From Moniliella sp. 'wahieum' (lineage: Eukaryota): 64,000 bases of DNA. The translations under genes and the position numbers were made by a program. The notes beneath the pieces were generated by a model. The model saw only the letters and a list, made by a program, of their open reading frames with translations. It was not told the DNA's origin and ran no database searches. Positions 47,379-60,536 of this stretch are shown here, piece after piece. Every line of letters begins with the position of its first letter. Within the stretch, counting starts at the first letter, position 1. Where the stretch lies: NCBI GenBank assembly GCA_003971905.1, contig RSEE01000058.1, positions 310,001 through 374,000 on the forward strand, given 5' to 3'.

Positions 47379-49921
47379 ATGAACAGCCTCCCTTCCAGCT
47401 CCTTCCTCTCGCCGTCCCACTGTTCCCGTGTCGGATCGCACAGCCTTGGCTCACTCTTCCTCTGCCGCCACCATAAGCGCCCCCCGTTTGGCCCCAAGCG
47501 AATGGGGACCATCACCGTCGGCATGCGTCGCTGTCAATGGGCCAACCAACTACTCCGTGGACAGGTGGCGTTGCAGCCTCCCAAGGCTCCCGCCGAAGCA
47601 TGCAGTCCTCTGGTCGTTCTGGCCGCTACGGTTCGAGCGGAATTGGAAAAGATGGGGTGGGAGCTGTCCCCCCCCTCGTGGGTCCGAATGGCGAGCGACG
47701 CTTGACCGCGGCCAATATCAGCTCGGAGCGTCGACGCGAAGCGCTGTCGCAGGTACCATGCAAATTCTTCCGTAGCAACGGATGTTCTGCCGGGGCTGCC
47801 TGTGCCTTTTCCCACACCCTCCCTGATGACTCGTCTGCGCCCAACACGGATGGGATTGGATCTGGTTCCAACGTCATTTGCCAATGGTTCTTACGTGGCA
47901 ACTGTCGCTTTGGACCTAAGTGTGCTTGCTCACATCTATCCGGGCCAATCGGTCAGCGTACGTCCTGCCTCCCTGCCCGTTGCACCTCTGTTCTTGTCTA
48001 CGCCGACTGACATGTATCTGTCCCCGCAGGAGGATATGAGATTCAATAAGGGAGTCCACTCCAGCCCACCGTCCGGGTCCTCGCCGAACGGAGGTACCAA
48101 GGCCGGATCTGCACCCCGGCACGCTGCTCCGGCTCCGCGCATGAGGACCAGTCAGCAGCTGGATCCCACTCCGAGCCAGACCCAAAACTCGAACAAGCTA
48201 CCCCACCCGAACCAAAACCAAGCATCTTCCCTTCCTTGTGCGCACACTTCCATCCAGTCCCGAGCGACTAGCAGCTCAGACGATTCAACGGTCCCCTCTT
48301 CCCACGGGGGTCGTACGCAACCATCTTATCTTTCCATCCCGGCCTCCATGCCCCGAGGAAACACATGGAACTATCCGCCACCCAATTTGAGTCCCACCCA
48401 GTCCCATCCGTCGTGGCCTTCGTATGGCGATCAACAGTCCGGTCCGTGGGGCGGTACAACGGTCCCCACTAACCCTGTTGGTACGGGCATGGCCATGGGC
48501 ACTTCTCCAATTTCATCTACAACCTCTACCAGTTTCCTTCCGCTTGACCCGGACCGCACGGGAAGTGGCACCAGCCTGCCGGTCGATATGCTTTCCCATC
48601 GCATGGGTTCCCTCCAGCTTAACTGGCCCGCGGACCAAGAAGCCGCTCCGTTGGACCCTTTCTTCCCAGAGGCACAGGATGAGCTGCATCCAATCCGTCG
48701 AGCAAGCGTGACATTGTCATCTAGCTTGAGCCAACCCTCTCATAGCTATGTGGGGCCCAGGGTTGCTGCCCTGCCCTTACCATCTCCTTGGTCGCGTCCC
48801 ACCATGTCTGTTCAAGCGGACGAAGTAGCCTCCTCAGCATCATCCTTATCGTGGGACGCGGGGTCCCAGATGTTCCCCTGGACCATGCAGTATCCACCTC
48901 AATTGGTCCTCACGCCGAGGCGTTTGGTACCGACCCTCTCTTTGCCCACCCGCGTTCTTCGTACGAGACGAGCAGCGCGGGCCAACTGTACGGAACGTCG
49001 CTTTCGGGGTACAGTAATTTGTCCAGTGGCTATTCTCCTAGCCAACTTGGAACGCCGGCGCACTTGGGCGTACTAAGTACGGCCGCCTTGGTTTCTCAGG
49101 AAGGTAATAGTGGTGGGGAAAAAGTATCTTCCCACACTCGGATTCCCTCTCTTCCCACCTCCTTTCCTACCTCTTCCACCCGCTCAGCACTTACTTCCCC
49201 CACTGCTTCCAATACAAAGGCGCCGCAGGTGCCGCACGCACCTCCTGCCCCGCGCCCCCCGTGGGAACGCACATGGGCACCTGCCGCTCCACAAGAGTAT
49301 TTGGGCACTACGTTTGCCTCCACCAACCGGTCCGAGAGGTGGGGTACATTTTCTCCCATCTCCTCCTCCCCGTCCCAGGCAGCTTTCTCTTTCCATGGCT
49401 CGTCCTGGGCCGGACAAGGTACGCGGCTCATGTCCCACCAAGCTAGTGGCGCCAGTGGCGCCAGTACAAGTGCCTGGCCAGCGACCGATCAGGCCAAGGC
49501 GCCCGGTGCTAGTCGGCGCACTACCAGTACCTGTTCCGGGTTTGGCGACCACTTTGATCCCCCTTGGCGGGCTTTGTCGATCCACCCGTGCCTTACTCTC
49601 TGTCGAAACGGTCGTCGTTGTTGGATGGCGCTCGACTAGGGTCGGGATTGGGATCGGGATTGGGATCGGGATTGGGATCGGATTGGGATCAGGGTCCACC
49701 CCCCCGCAGGACCGGTGGGGATGGAGCGGGCCAACTTGGCTAGCTTGCCTAGTTGGGACAAGGGCGAGAACGCGGAGAGCAAATCGCCCACCAGCCCACT
49801 TAGTCCTACCTCCGTCCCTGTCGCCGCTTCGGGAGAGGTACCGTGTCTCGCAGTCGGTTCATGTCTCCTTTCCTCCAAGAAGGTAGAGAGGTCGACGCAG
49901 AGGCATCTTCCCTTTGAGTAA
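47379..49921 (+). CDS. Tandem CCCH zinc-finger protein (Cps3/Lee1-like) with long disordered tail; frameshifted
   Basis: LSQVPCKFFRSNGCSAGAACAFSH and VICQWFLRGNCRFGPKCA.(A)H. Intron 47958-48029 (GTACGT..ACTGAC..CAG). Ser/Pro-rich ORFs follow. Ends are approximate. Confidence 0.8.
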
Positions 49922-51806
49922 ACGTATCCTTCTCTCCTTCTCTCCGTGCTGTCACATGTGACCCAACGCTCGTCCTGAGCATATCTCAGCGTGGGTCAAA
50001 ACTCCCGTCCTTCCCTTTCTTCCCTTTGTTCCCTTTCTTCCCTTTCTTCCCTTCTTCCCCTTCATCTCCTCTCCCCCCTCTCCCCTCCCCCTTCCCCCTT
50101 TCCCTTTCCCTTTCCCTTTTCTCTGTTGTGTTCCTCACTTGCTACCATGCCTCTATACGACTCGACGAACGCTTCGCTTGATCTGTGACGATCCAAAAGA
50201 TCTCCAGTGTCTGCCCTACGTATGTACACTATGCCTTCTCGTCTTCTCACCTTCTCGCCTTTTCGCCTTCTGGCATTCTTTGCCCCCCTGTGAACAAGGG
50301 GGTTGTGTTTGCATGTGATCATTTTCTCGTCTCGTGACCCCGTCTGCCTACGGACTGGATGAAGATGCACGGCCGCGATCTCGGTTCCTTTGTTTGGGTG
50401 TACGGGAACCCACCAACAAACTCCTTTTGCTTTGCCTTCTCCGTTCCCCCGTTTTCCCCCGTTCCCCCGGTCTCCAACACTAATCGTTCCCCGTGCCCCG
50501 TGCCTCGTGCTCCATGCGCCATGCCCCGGCGCCAAGTCTGTCCCATTGCCATCTCAGCTTCAAGACTCAATACTACTTGATGTACTCCTTATTTGGGGGG
50601 GGGGGTGCCCTTATCCTCCCCCAAGATAGTCTTCAATGCTTCGGCCATCGACGGAGTTCTTGTTGATTGCGTTTTGAGCTCCGAAGTCTCTGCCTTTATA
50701 CATGCAATCCGGAATCTACACTTGTTCTTGAACACGTTCAGTAGCTTTAGCTTGGGCACGTATACTTTGTCGCTTCGCATCCCCCTAGGTACTAGCTGCC
50801 ACATTGTGAGGTGAGGGATTAGCACTTGCGTTTAGCGTTTAGCGTTTATTTAGCGCTTAGCAGCAGTGTGATGCATGGTGGCGGTAAAATATCCCTCAAA
50901 AAAGTGTTTTGAAAATCTGCACGTGTGAGATCTGATATTGGTGTTGCTGAATCGTATAAAGCTTGCCAGAAGCTTCAACTTGAAGTTGAAATTCGCCGTA
51001 GGGACGCGTCCTGCCAATCCTACCCAAGAAGATGGCCATGCTTCCAGCCTGCATCCCTAGTATCACTGCCGTGGTGTCCGGCAGCTGGGTGTAGTACTTG
51101 GTGCTGAGTGAGTGGGTGAGAGGATTGAATATTGAAGCTGAGCCTCAGCGCTGAAGGAGGGCCTGTAGCGAGTGACATGGACATTCGATTTGGTGCTAGG
51201 TGGGCTGGAATGCTGGCGGTGGCGTTGAAGGCGGAAGGGCGGAAGGGCAATGGTGAGGCCTGAGGCCGCCGTTGAGGCTCTCATTTGGCGGAGCACGGAT
51301 GGACTAGCCCCTCGGGGCCTTGCGCAGACGGGAGATGGGCATGGCTGAGCGATGAATGATTCAATGATCGGATGACGTGTTTCCGACGGCTGTCGGTTTC
51401 TGGGCCGACATTGGCGGGCGGACGCAGCGCAGCGGGGCAGTGTGGGCGCGTCGGCGGCAGGTGACACGGCACAAGGCGTGTCTAAGATCTAAGCTCAGTA
51501 TGTGCTCAGGGCGCCCTCGCGTCACGGGGGCAGTCTGCCGCTTTGGCCCGAGATCCACCACGCTTGCGCTTTCAAGAGCTTCACGCTGTCGCTTCCCAGC
51601 AGCCTGTCTCCCGCCTTCTGTCCAGCTCCCGGCCCGAGCACCGCACCCGCACGCGCCTCCCCACCACCCTCACCCCCGTCCAGGGCCCCCCGCTCCCACC
51701 CGCTAGCCCCGGCTCTCGCTACGCCCCTGCCACCCCCCCCGCCCCCCTCCCCCCGGTCGCCTCCACCTCCCTGCCTCGCACCTCTGCCTATTCCCCCGGC
51801 GTAAGC

Positions 51807-54800
51807 ATGGCCCGGCCCCGCAGCTCGACGTTGGCCCCGTCGCTTGTTGTGCCCTCCCAGCGGTCACATCCCTCTCCCTTGGTAGACGACCCCTTGCCGC
51901 CTCTGCTCGACACATGGGCGCCCTCGATCTGGGCCGCGCCAGATGATAACACCCTCGCTGCTGCCCGCCACAGCAGCACCGACTTTGCCCTCTCTTCGCC
52001 CTTGGCTCCCTTGCACTCGTCCTCCTTGGCCCCACCAGGCTCAACCTCCGTCCGTACCGGGCGCGATCGCGCATCCACCTTGGCTGTCGGCGCCCCCATC
52101 CCTCACAGCCTCCACTATGCCATGGCCCGCACCCCCTCCCTTTCCCCTGACCCGTCCCCCGTCTTGGGTCCTGGCCTCGTTCCCGATCTCGATGCAGAAG
52201 ATGCCCCGATGCACCGCCGTTCGTCGGTCGGACCACAGCCTCCCCTCCCTCCTGTCGGGAGCAACATGGCCTCCAAGGCATTATGGAACCGACTCCACCT
52301 TGCCACGCAAGACGACCAGCCTGGCCGCCGGCGTGCTGCTAGTATGATGGGACCTCCTGAACGGGGGGTTCACTTCCCCAGTCCTTTGGCGCAGGAGGAA
52401 CACGTTCCACCTCACCTCTCCCTTCCTACTTGAGAGAGAGGGACCCATCGCCTCCGCGGTTGGAGGAGCTTCCTTCCTCCTGGACAAGGGTGCGGTCTGG
52501 TACTGTGGGTGCATTCGCCTCGAGTCCCGGAGGGTATGCTCCCTGGCCACTTTGCCTTCCCTTCGACCTCACCAGCCCTCGGTTTCCTCGCCTTTTGCCC
52601 CCTCTAGCGGCAGCGATCATTCCCACTCTTCCTCCCCTACGCTTGCCCGCCATCCACTTCTCATGCCGACGAACAGGACAACTCGTCCACGATCTCCATC
52701 CCATTTGCCACCCCCCCCATGAACGCCTTTCTACGCCTTCCACTACCGCTCCCCGTGCTCCCTCGATGTATCCATCCATCTCTCCTTGGACCTACTCTAC
52801 ACCTCCAGGGGCTCCATTCCTCCCCACCTCTACTCCCGCTGGCGGCATCACTGGCCAAAGTACCAGTCTCCCTTCTCCTGCGCCTGCGCCTGGCCTAGCC
52901 CCTGCCCCTGCCCCCGCTGCAGCTCCTGCCCCTGCTCCTGCTCCTACCCCTATTTCACCGCCTTCGGCACCAGCAGCCAAGAAGGCTTCCTCCAAAACGC
53001 CTGCCAGCCCTCCTCCCAGCCGGGCGTTGTGGATCGGCAGTCTACCCCCCAACTTGACGACTGCGGCGCTCACCACCCTTTTCCGCCGGTGGGGCCCACT
53101 GGAGAGCACTCGGGTACTGAGCATCAAAAATTGCGCCTTTGTCAATTCCTCAATACCGACGATGCCGTCGCGGCGCGCAACGCGATTGTTGGGACGAGGT
53201 GGGATGCTTGGGATTACTCGGTTGGGTTAGGACTGGGACTCGACGCGGCAGGCTTTGATGCTGGTACGATCAAGTCGGAATTTGCCAAAGCGTCTCCTGC
53301 GCCAACGGCTTCGCTCGAGCGCGGTTCAGGCGATCGGACTACCACCGTGCCGGAACCCAAGGGGAACCCGTTCAGTGCGGTAGCGCGGGAACGGAATGCC
53401 GCTCATGGTCTTTTCTGCCAGCAACTCCATCGTGCCTTCCAGCGACAGGGGCGGCGTTGCCCTCCCGCCCGAAATGGCAGTCACGTCGTCCCTAGAAGAC
53501 CAAAGAGCCATCTTGCACGCTCTGGCCCCAATCCGGATGGGACAAGTCCCGAAGAAGAACTGCCGGCGTCAATGGCAGTCGATCGACCCATCTAGGCCCA
53601 AACGGTTCTCCAACCTGCTCCCCCGCCTCCTGCGCGTCACGCCGGTTCGATGCAGCCCGACTGCGTGAACTACGAAGGGCACTCGATGCACCTTCCTCCA
53701 TGTGGGACGTGAATCGATGTGCGGAAGCTTGATGCCTGACCTTGCCTCCCTCGCCAGCGATTACACGGGCAACGTGATTGTCCAGCGTCTGTTTGAGAGT
53801 GGTTCGGACGCGACGAAGCGCGTTATGCTTCAGGCGCTCGCGCCTCACCTGGCTCGGATCGGGTGTCACAAGAACGGGACGTGGGCAGCGCAGAAGGTGC
53901 TGGAATGCATCCCGCGAGAGGGCGAGATGGTTACGCTGGCTGTGGAGGCACTTGCGCCTTATGTGCCCCCTCTGTTGCTGGACCAATTTGGTAACTATGT
54001 CGTACAAGGCTTGTTGCCCTTTGGCCCGCCCATACCGATGCCATCTTTGCTGCGTTTCTGGAGCAAACATGGGAGATTGCCCAGGGCCGATTTGGTGCGC
54101 GGTCAATGCGCGCGCTGTTGGACCATCCTAGCGTCACTGCACGCCAACGCCGTCTTGTGGGACTGGCGATCGTGCTGTGTGCTGTGCCACTCGCCTGCTC
54201 GGCGAATGGGACGATCCTATTACATTGGCTGTTGGATGACCCGTCGCACGTGTTCCCAGGCCAGCGACATGCACTGCTTGCTGCTCGTCTGCGGCCTTAC
54301 CTAGGGGACCTAGCTACGCACAAACTGGGCTCGGTCGTGCTCCTGCGCCTGGCGCACCAGACGAGCGAACCGGCAGTGGCGCAAGATACAGTCGCGGCGT
54401 TGTTTGAAGGTCCGGCGCCGGCCTACCTCGATATCCTGTTAGACCCAGTCCATGGCTCCCAGGTCATTGCACAGGTGTTGGGTGCGCCCTGCTTAGATCC
54501 AGCGCGCCGAGCACGTTACCTCGCCCTGACGCGGACCGTGGTGCAGGAACGCGGCCTGGTCCATGTTCCCTCCCATCGCATGCTCGCAGAGGTGGTGGGA
54601 CTGCTGCGGCCACCAAGGAGGGCGAGTAGAGCAGACTTGGGCGTGTGTCTCCTCTGCATAGCCAAGGCGCAATGCGGGGCCTCAATATTCAATGCTGGAT
54701 TTGGCAGGCAGCGGTTGTTGCCTCTCGTGTCTTTTTGCTCCTACCATGTCCCACCAGGACAAGAGCACAATGATCGCGGTATTTTCGATTTTCGGTTGGT

Positions 54801-54915
54801 TATACCTCTAACCTCCTCCTCCTCCTCTCCTCCTCCTCTCTTCGTGGTGGCGCGCATATCTGCTTGTGCTAGTGCTGTGCTTGTCTTGCTGGTGATTACC
54901 TCAATGACTAGATGA
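51807..54915 (+). CDS. JSN1: RRM + Pumilio-repeat RNA-binding protein (Jsn1/Puf1-Puf2 class); frameshifted
   Basis: RRM PSRALWIGSLPP..FRRWGPLESTRVLSIKNCAFVN(F). PUF repeats LASDYTGNVIVQRLFE, IGCHKNGTWAAQKVLE, LLLDQFGNYVVQ, LATHKLGS and LDPVHGSQVI. The true stop may lie near 54630. Confidence 0.9.
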
Positions 54916-55676
54916 CGACTATGGAAGCTGGGCGTTGGGTGGAACTGTCAGCGTGTGTGGGGGATGGGTTGCAGGCATAATGGAAACTGCCATAGACAAT
55001 GGACTGGAAGCTTGGCATGCCAGACACGCCTCGCAGTATGGTATGTATCCGCAGGGGACGTGTGTGGGGGCTGCGCTGCGTCTGTGCCTCTGCGCGCCGG
55101 ACGACCATCGGTGATTGGGCCATCCGAGCGTCAGCATTAGCAATTGCGGCTCTTCCACACGCTCCGCCGACACGCGGCTGGCCGATGGGGCCGCACAGAG
55201 GACGCAAGCCACCGTCAGTCGCCGTGGGCGCTGGGCTTCGATGTCCCCCTGTGGCCATCCGTCTGGGTGGAAGAGTGTCAGAGTGAGGATGTGCATGAGA
55301 TGATGTCAATGCGAAGAATGCAATCCCCATCGGAGGGGCTCGGCCAGCCTTTGATTCTTTCAGGCGGCCAGCGTCCCAACACACGCACAACACAGCCGCC
55401 GTGCCGCCGCGGCCTGCCCCGCGGTGTGAAGCTTGAAGTTGTGAAGCATGTCAAGCTCAAGCAGGCTACGCTCGCTGCTGGCCGTGCCTGCCTGCCTGCT
55501 GCTCTCCGTCGCTCCATGCCCAGCACTGCTGGTCCCGCCGGCTTCGCCCTCCACCACGCCTCCTCACCCCCACCTGCGCCGCCCCCTCCATCCCTCCACC
55601 ACCCACCACCACCACCACCATCCCCTCCCCCTCCCCTGCATGGGCTCCTCCCTCTCCCTCCACCCCCCTCTCCCCC

Positions 55677-58600
55677 ATGCCCTCGCCGCCTGGCCGTCCC
55701 CGCCCCGCCCACCACACCCCCTCCCCCGCCCAGGCTGGCGACCTGGACCCAATCCTAGAACGAGATGCTGTGCTCGACAATGCCGACGAGTATGTCCCCC
55801 CTGGCCCCGCTCTGCCCCATGGTCCCTGACCGCCTTGCTTCGCTCGCTTCCTCCTTACTCTCCAGCCCCGTTCTCAGCACTCCCCATCCCACTGCGCCTG
55901 CACCAGCCCACCCGTCCATCGCCTCCACCAGTGCTGCCCCCTCCCTCTGCGCCAGGGCAGCACGATCCCCCTCCGCCACCCGCCCTCCTGCCGCAGCCCA
56001 ACCTGGCCCAGTTTGGCTGCGCATCTCACTACAGCCACACCAGCGATTCGGACCTGGGCTACACGGCCAACACCATCGTTCGTCCTCCTAGGGATCAGCT
56101 CGGGCAGCTGCAGGTCCATGTTCATGGCGTCGCGCTCGTCGGGGCCAAGAGCCGAGTTGAGACGCAAATCCGAATGCGGATCGAATTAGTGCGCCCCACC
56201 CGCCCTCGATGCCAGACGGGTCCGACCCGCATGCGGGCGAAGAGGCTGTCTGCTCTGCAAGCCACCTCGCCTCAGGCCATCGACACGGCCCGTGCCCGCT
56301 TTGGCCCCCCGAACTGTGGCAGCGCATCGGCAGTTTCACCCACATCAAACTGCCCCCCGGAACGGCCACACGGCGCAAGGGCCGCAAGTACAAACCCCCG
56401 AGGTGGATGCACAACGCGCGCTCTTCCTGGATGCTACAGTGGTAACCGCCACCCCACCTCATAACAGTATTAGTGTGTGTGACAGCTGCTGCACACGCGA
56501 GCGCAAACGTGCGCTTCGCCTCAAGGCCAAACGCAAGGGTGAGGTTGGAGACCTGGAAGAACCCCCTACCGAGGAGGAGATGCGTTCCATGGGGGTTGAT
56601 CCAACTCTGCCTAACGCTGTTGAGCTCGTTCTGGCCCACCGAAATCAACGTGCCAAGTCTCGCGTGGTGGTGTTCAACTCGGACGACTATATCGAGTTCC
56701 ATAATGGCGAGGCCGTGTTGCCAACAAGGATTACATGCTACTGTCGGCACCACAAGGAAACGGTCGGGTTCTGCATCATCTTTACTCTGCGAGATTGGAC
56801 GGGCCAGCTGCTTGCTTCCGGTACCACCCCTCCCATTATGATCACCGACGACCATAAAGCCCCCAAACGGCTCTGGGCCATGCACAAATCCAAGCCCAAG
56901 CCGATGCTTTGGCCACCGCCCTCTCCCAAGCCCATGAGCAAATGCAACTCCCTTGCCTAACCAGGGTACCACCCCGCTAGCGCCGTTACCACCGACAGAG
57001 GAATCTGCTCCGTCACAGGACAATACGGTTGGCCGTCTGCCGCCGCAACGGCGCAAGAGCAGTACGGTGCGGCCCAAGCCGTATGCTCGGCACCCTAGCA
57101 ACGCATCTTCTCTCCCGCCCAATAGGGCCCAGCGTGCCATCTCGCGCGTTTCGGTCCCGTCCCCGGCACCGGCAACAATGGATGCAACGCTCGAGATGGC
57201 GCGCAGAGCATCAACGGTTTCCCAGCACGAGACGGTACCCAGTGTACACCCACACGACACCAATCTTACGGAAGCCATCTCCTTCTCTGGCACCGCTTCT
57301 CCCTCGTCCAACACGCTTCCACAAGGTCCAATGCCCCTTTCGGCACTGCAATCCGGACTAGCTCCCGACACTCTTCAACCGCTTCCGATGGAGGATGTGT
57401 GGATGGGCTCACTTCCCTCTGGCTTGCCTGTCAACCCCGACCCCAACATGTTGATGCAAGCTTTCCTCTTTGCCAGGTCCCAGACTGAGGGGGAGACGTC
57501 CAACACTGATGGAACGAGCCCAGAATTCGTGGCAGCCATGATGTCGGCCATGATGAATTTCAACCCTCAGCCCAGCCCTGGGGCGCAGGGGAGTACCCTG
57601 CCCCCTGGCCAAGGAGATCCCAATCGGAACGAGTTGATTTTCCCACTTCCTGGGGCGACGGCCTCCATGCCCACTTTTACCCCTTCCCCACTTCCTCCCC
57701 CTCCTGCACCCAAAATTTCGCAACTGATCCCTCGGGAAGGCCCGACAACCGGAGGGATCGAAGTCACGGTGCTAGGAGAGAACTTTGTCCCTGGAGTCAC
57801 GGTCCTATTTGGAGATCACCCCGCTATCAACACCAAGGTGTGGGCGAGCAATACGCTTGTTTGTACCTTACCCCCCTCGGCTTGCCCGGGCCCGGTGATC
57901 ACTAGTCTCCAACTTAACGATGTTCGTCTCACACCGAAAAAGGACCAAACTTCTCCGCTTCCCTTCTTTACCTATGTGGAGCAGGCCGATCGTGGACTGA
58001 TGGAGCTGGCGCTCCAAGTGGTCGGGCTCAAGATGACGGGCCAAGTGCATCTCGCGGGACGTAGCAATGAGGGTGGTCGGGCACGAGAACGATCCCTCAT
58101 CCAACTCGTCCAACGCCGACGTGAGCAATAGCTCCAACCCCACTTCGGCCACCCAATTCTCGCTCCTTCAGTCGGTTGCAGAGGAGAAGCGGAAGCCGCT
58201 AGCGTTCCAAGATACCTTGCTTGCCCTCTTGGCACTATCCGATGTAGAGGTCCCTCCTCCTCTGCAGACACGGGGCACGGTCCAACTTCCTCCTTCTCGA
58301 TGGGGCGAGCTGTACGTTGGCCAACCCGGCGGGACAGACGATGCTGCACCTTGCTGTTGTCCTGGGCCTGTCTCGTCTGGTGGAGGAGCTGGTGCGGCGA
58401 GATGCACGGTCAATGCACCGGACCGGAACGGATTGACTCCCTTGCACTTTGCTGTGCTGCATGGTCGAACCGAGGTAGCACGGTACCTGCTGTGCCACTT
58501 TGCCGACCCACGCGCATGTACGCGCCAAGGCAAGAGTCCCCTCGAGCTGGCTCGGTTGGCTGCACAAGAGGATACAGCCAAGGTGCTCGAACATCACTTT

Positions 58601-59218
58601 GACCTGCTCGCCCTGTCCGCCAAGGTCGATGCGGAAGCACAGGAAAGCGGGGACGAATGGGACTGTGCCTCGGATGGGGCAGTAGATACGGCATCTGAAT
58701 CCCATTCGAGTGATGGGGCCGGACCCGCGTCCCAATCTTGTTGAGGATGCGACCGCGAGCCTGCCCCCACCTTGGACCGACTCCAAACCTCCCCTTCCAC
58801 TCAGACTCGCACGTCGAGCTGGGAAGAAAAGGCCTTGTTAGCCGCTAGCTTGGCCAAGTTGGCCGAGGAAGCGCAGCGCAACCAGCCCGAACAGTCAAGA
58901 CAGCAAGGTGTCCCGAAGTCCCGGTTCGCACTGGGTCTCCCGCACCGAGCAAGGCAGGTGCACTCTCCCCCGCTGTCGGTGTACCAAGTCCAAGTGCCTC
59001 GGGTCGAGAGGAGCCCGCACCCGCCCCCCCCGCCCTATTACGACGAGGGGGTACCGCGCCACGACCGCAAAGGACGCTATGTGGTACGGAACCGGTTTGC
59101 CTGGAAACAGGATCGCATGTTGGTCCTGTTCTGGTTGCCTGCTCTGGTACTTGCTTCGGTACTGTTGTTGCTCTATTCGCCCGTGCTCGGGAGGATCTCC
59201 CCGCTTCTCGGGGGGTGA
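55677..59218 (+). CDS. MGA2: Spt23/Mga2-like membrane-tethered transcription factor (IPT/TIG, ankyrin, C-terminal TM); frameshifted
   Basis: AKSRVETQIRMRIEL, VCDSCCTRERKRA, LPTRITCYCRHHKETVGF..PIMITDDHK, IPT domain PKISQLIPREGPTTGGIEVTVLGENF, ankyrin NAPDRNGLTPLHFAVLHG and TM KQDRMLVLFWLPALVL. Start is uncertain (55677 or 55765). Confidence 0.92.
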
Positions 59219-60536
59219 CGTGTGGACAAACATGTGACATGGGGTCATGCAATGTGGGGTTACTAGTCACTGGTCACTGGTCATTGGTCATGGGAGCCCG
59301 AGTTGGTCCCCGTCGGTGGGGATAGGGAAGCGAGAAAGTGTATCTATGCTACGAGAGGTTGTGGACCTTATTTTGTTGTTGTTCTGTACTTGCTTGAGAA
59401 GGTGTTCGTTTGTGACAACTATACTACTATTCACGCTGAGACTTATTGTTAGTCTTCGAAGGTTAGAAATGAGAGAGACAAAACAGGTATGCAGATACGC
59501 AGAGAGGGCGAGAGATCGATCATGATCGATGTTCGAGAAAACACCTAAGTTCGTGTAAGTAGATCTTGATGTACTACTCAGTACTCAACGTACCCAACGT
59601 CCCCAACGTCCCCAACGTTCAAACCGTCCCCTCACCCATCCCAACACCGAAACAATATGGTTCGCACTGCTGTTTTCCGGTGGAGGTCGGAGTTGGGATG
59701 GGATGATGCACATCATGCATCATGATGCAGGGGCTCGCTTCGAAACCTATAATAGTATCCGTACGTATATTCCAGTCCCAGGTCAAGCTTCAAGGGACCA
59801 AGCGATCGTGACTAGGGACTAATACTGGGGAATGACTATAGTAAACTAGTAACTGGGGAAATGGGTGTTGGAATATTCCAAGAAAGTGGTGACTTGGGGT
59901 GCTCACATGTGCTCACATGACACAGTTGCCGCCCATGCGAAGCGCGGCCTCCCGTTCGCTTGCGCCCCTCTTTTAATCGTAGGAAATGGGAAACCGCAAG
60001 CAAAGGTGAGGCTCGGGATCGATCAAGAATGGGAGGCCATCTGCCAAGCTCATCGTGTATTTTCAATTGGGCAGGGGAGGAGAGGAGACGAGAGGAGACG
60101 AGAGGATGGGAAAGGTTGTGTAGGGAAATGACAAGAGGTTCAAGTAACAAGAAGGAAAAGAGATCGTTGTGCAACCGAAATGCTGATCACCAGCAGGCCC
60201 CAACCATTGCACGAGATGGATGTGTGGACATAAGTGTATACATGTATCATGGTGTGTGCCAACGGCACAAAGAAAGTGATGACAATTTGAAGCAAAGCAG
60301 GCCTTACTCACAACTGATATGTGCCCGATGACCTACCGAAACCGTAGATCATAGTATGAGAGGACCAGGATGGAAGGACGGTCTGCAAGGTCAAGCCACG
60401 TTGCTTAGAACCGAGCGGGCCGTGACCTGCGGGTCAATGGCACTAAGGGTTGATGTGGCCATGCCAAAGATGCCCGGAGGTTGAAATGCAGTCACAGAAG
60501 GTACCGTGAGCTGCACCGGAAGAGAGCGGGTGGGTG

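Noticed and set aside
50220..50430. Intronic H/ACA snoRNA after a GTATGT donor-like site
   Set aside because: Two weak hairpins are present, but I found no clear H/ACA boxes, branch point or target complementarity.
29251..59218. Lipid-metabolism gene cluster (PLB, ETF-beta, AGC1, Mga2)
   Set aside because: The genes are widely spaced housekeeping loci interleaved with unrelated genes. I saw no shared motif or biosynthetic core enzyme.
8282..59218. Calling the frameshifted genes pseudogenes
   Set aside because: Catalytic motifs and splice signals are intact and the lesions look like 1-nt indels, which fits sequencing error better.
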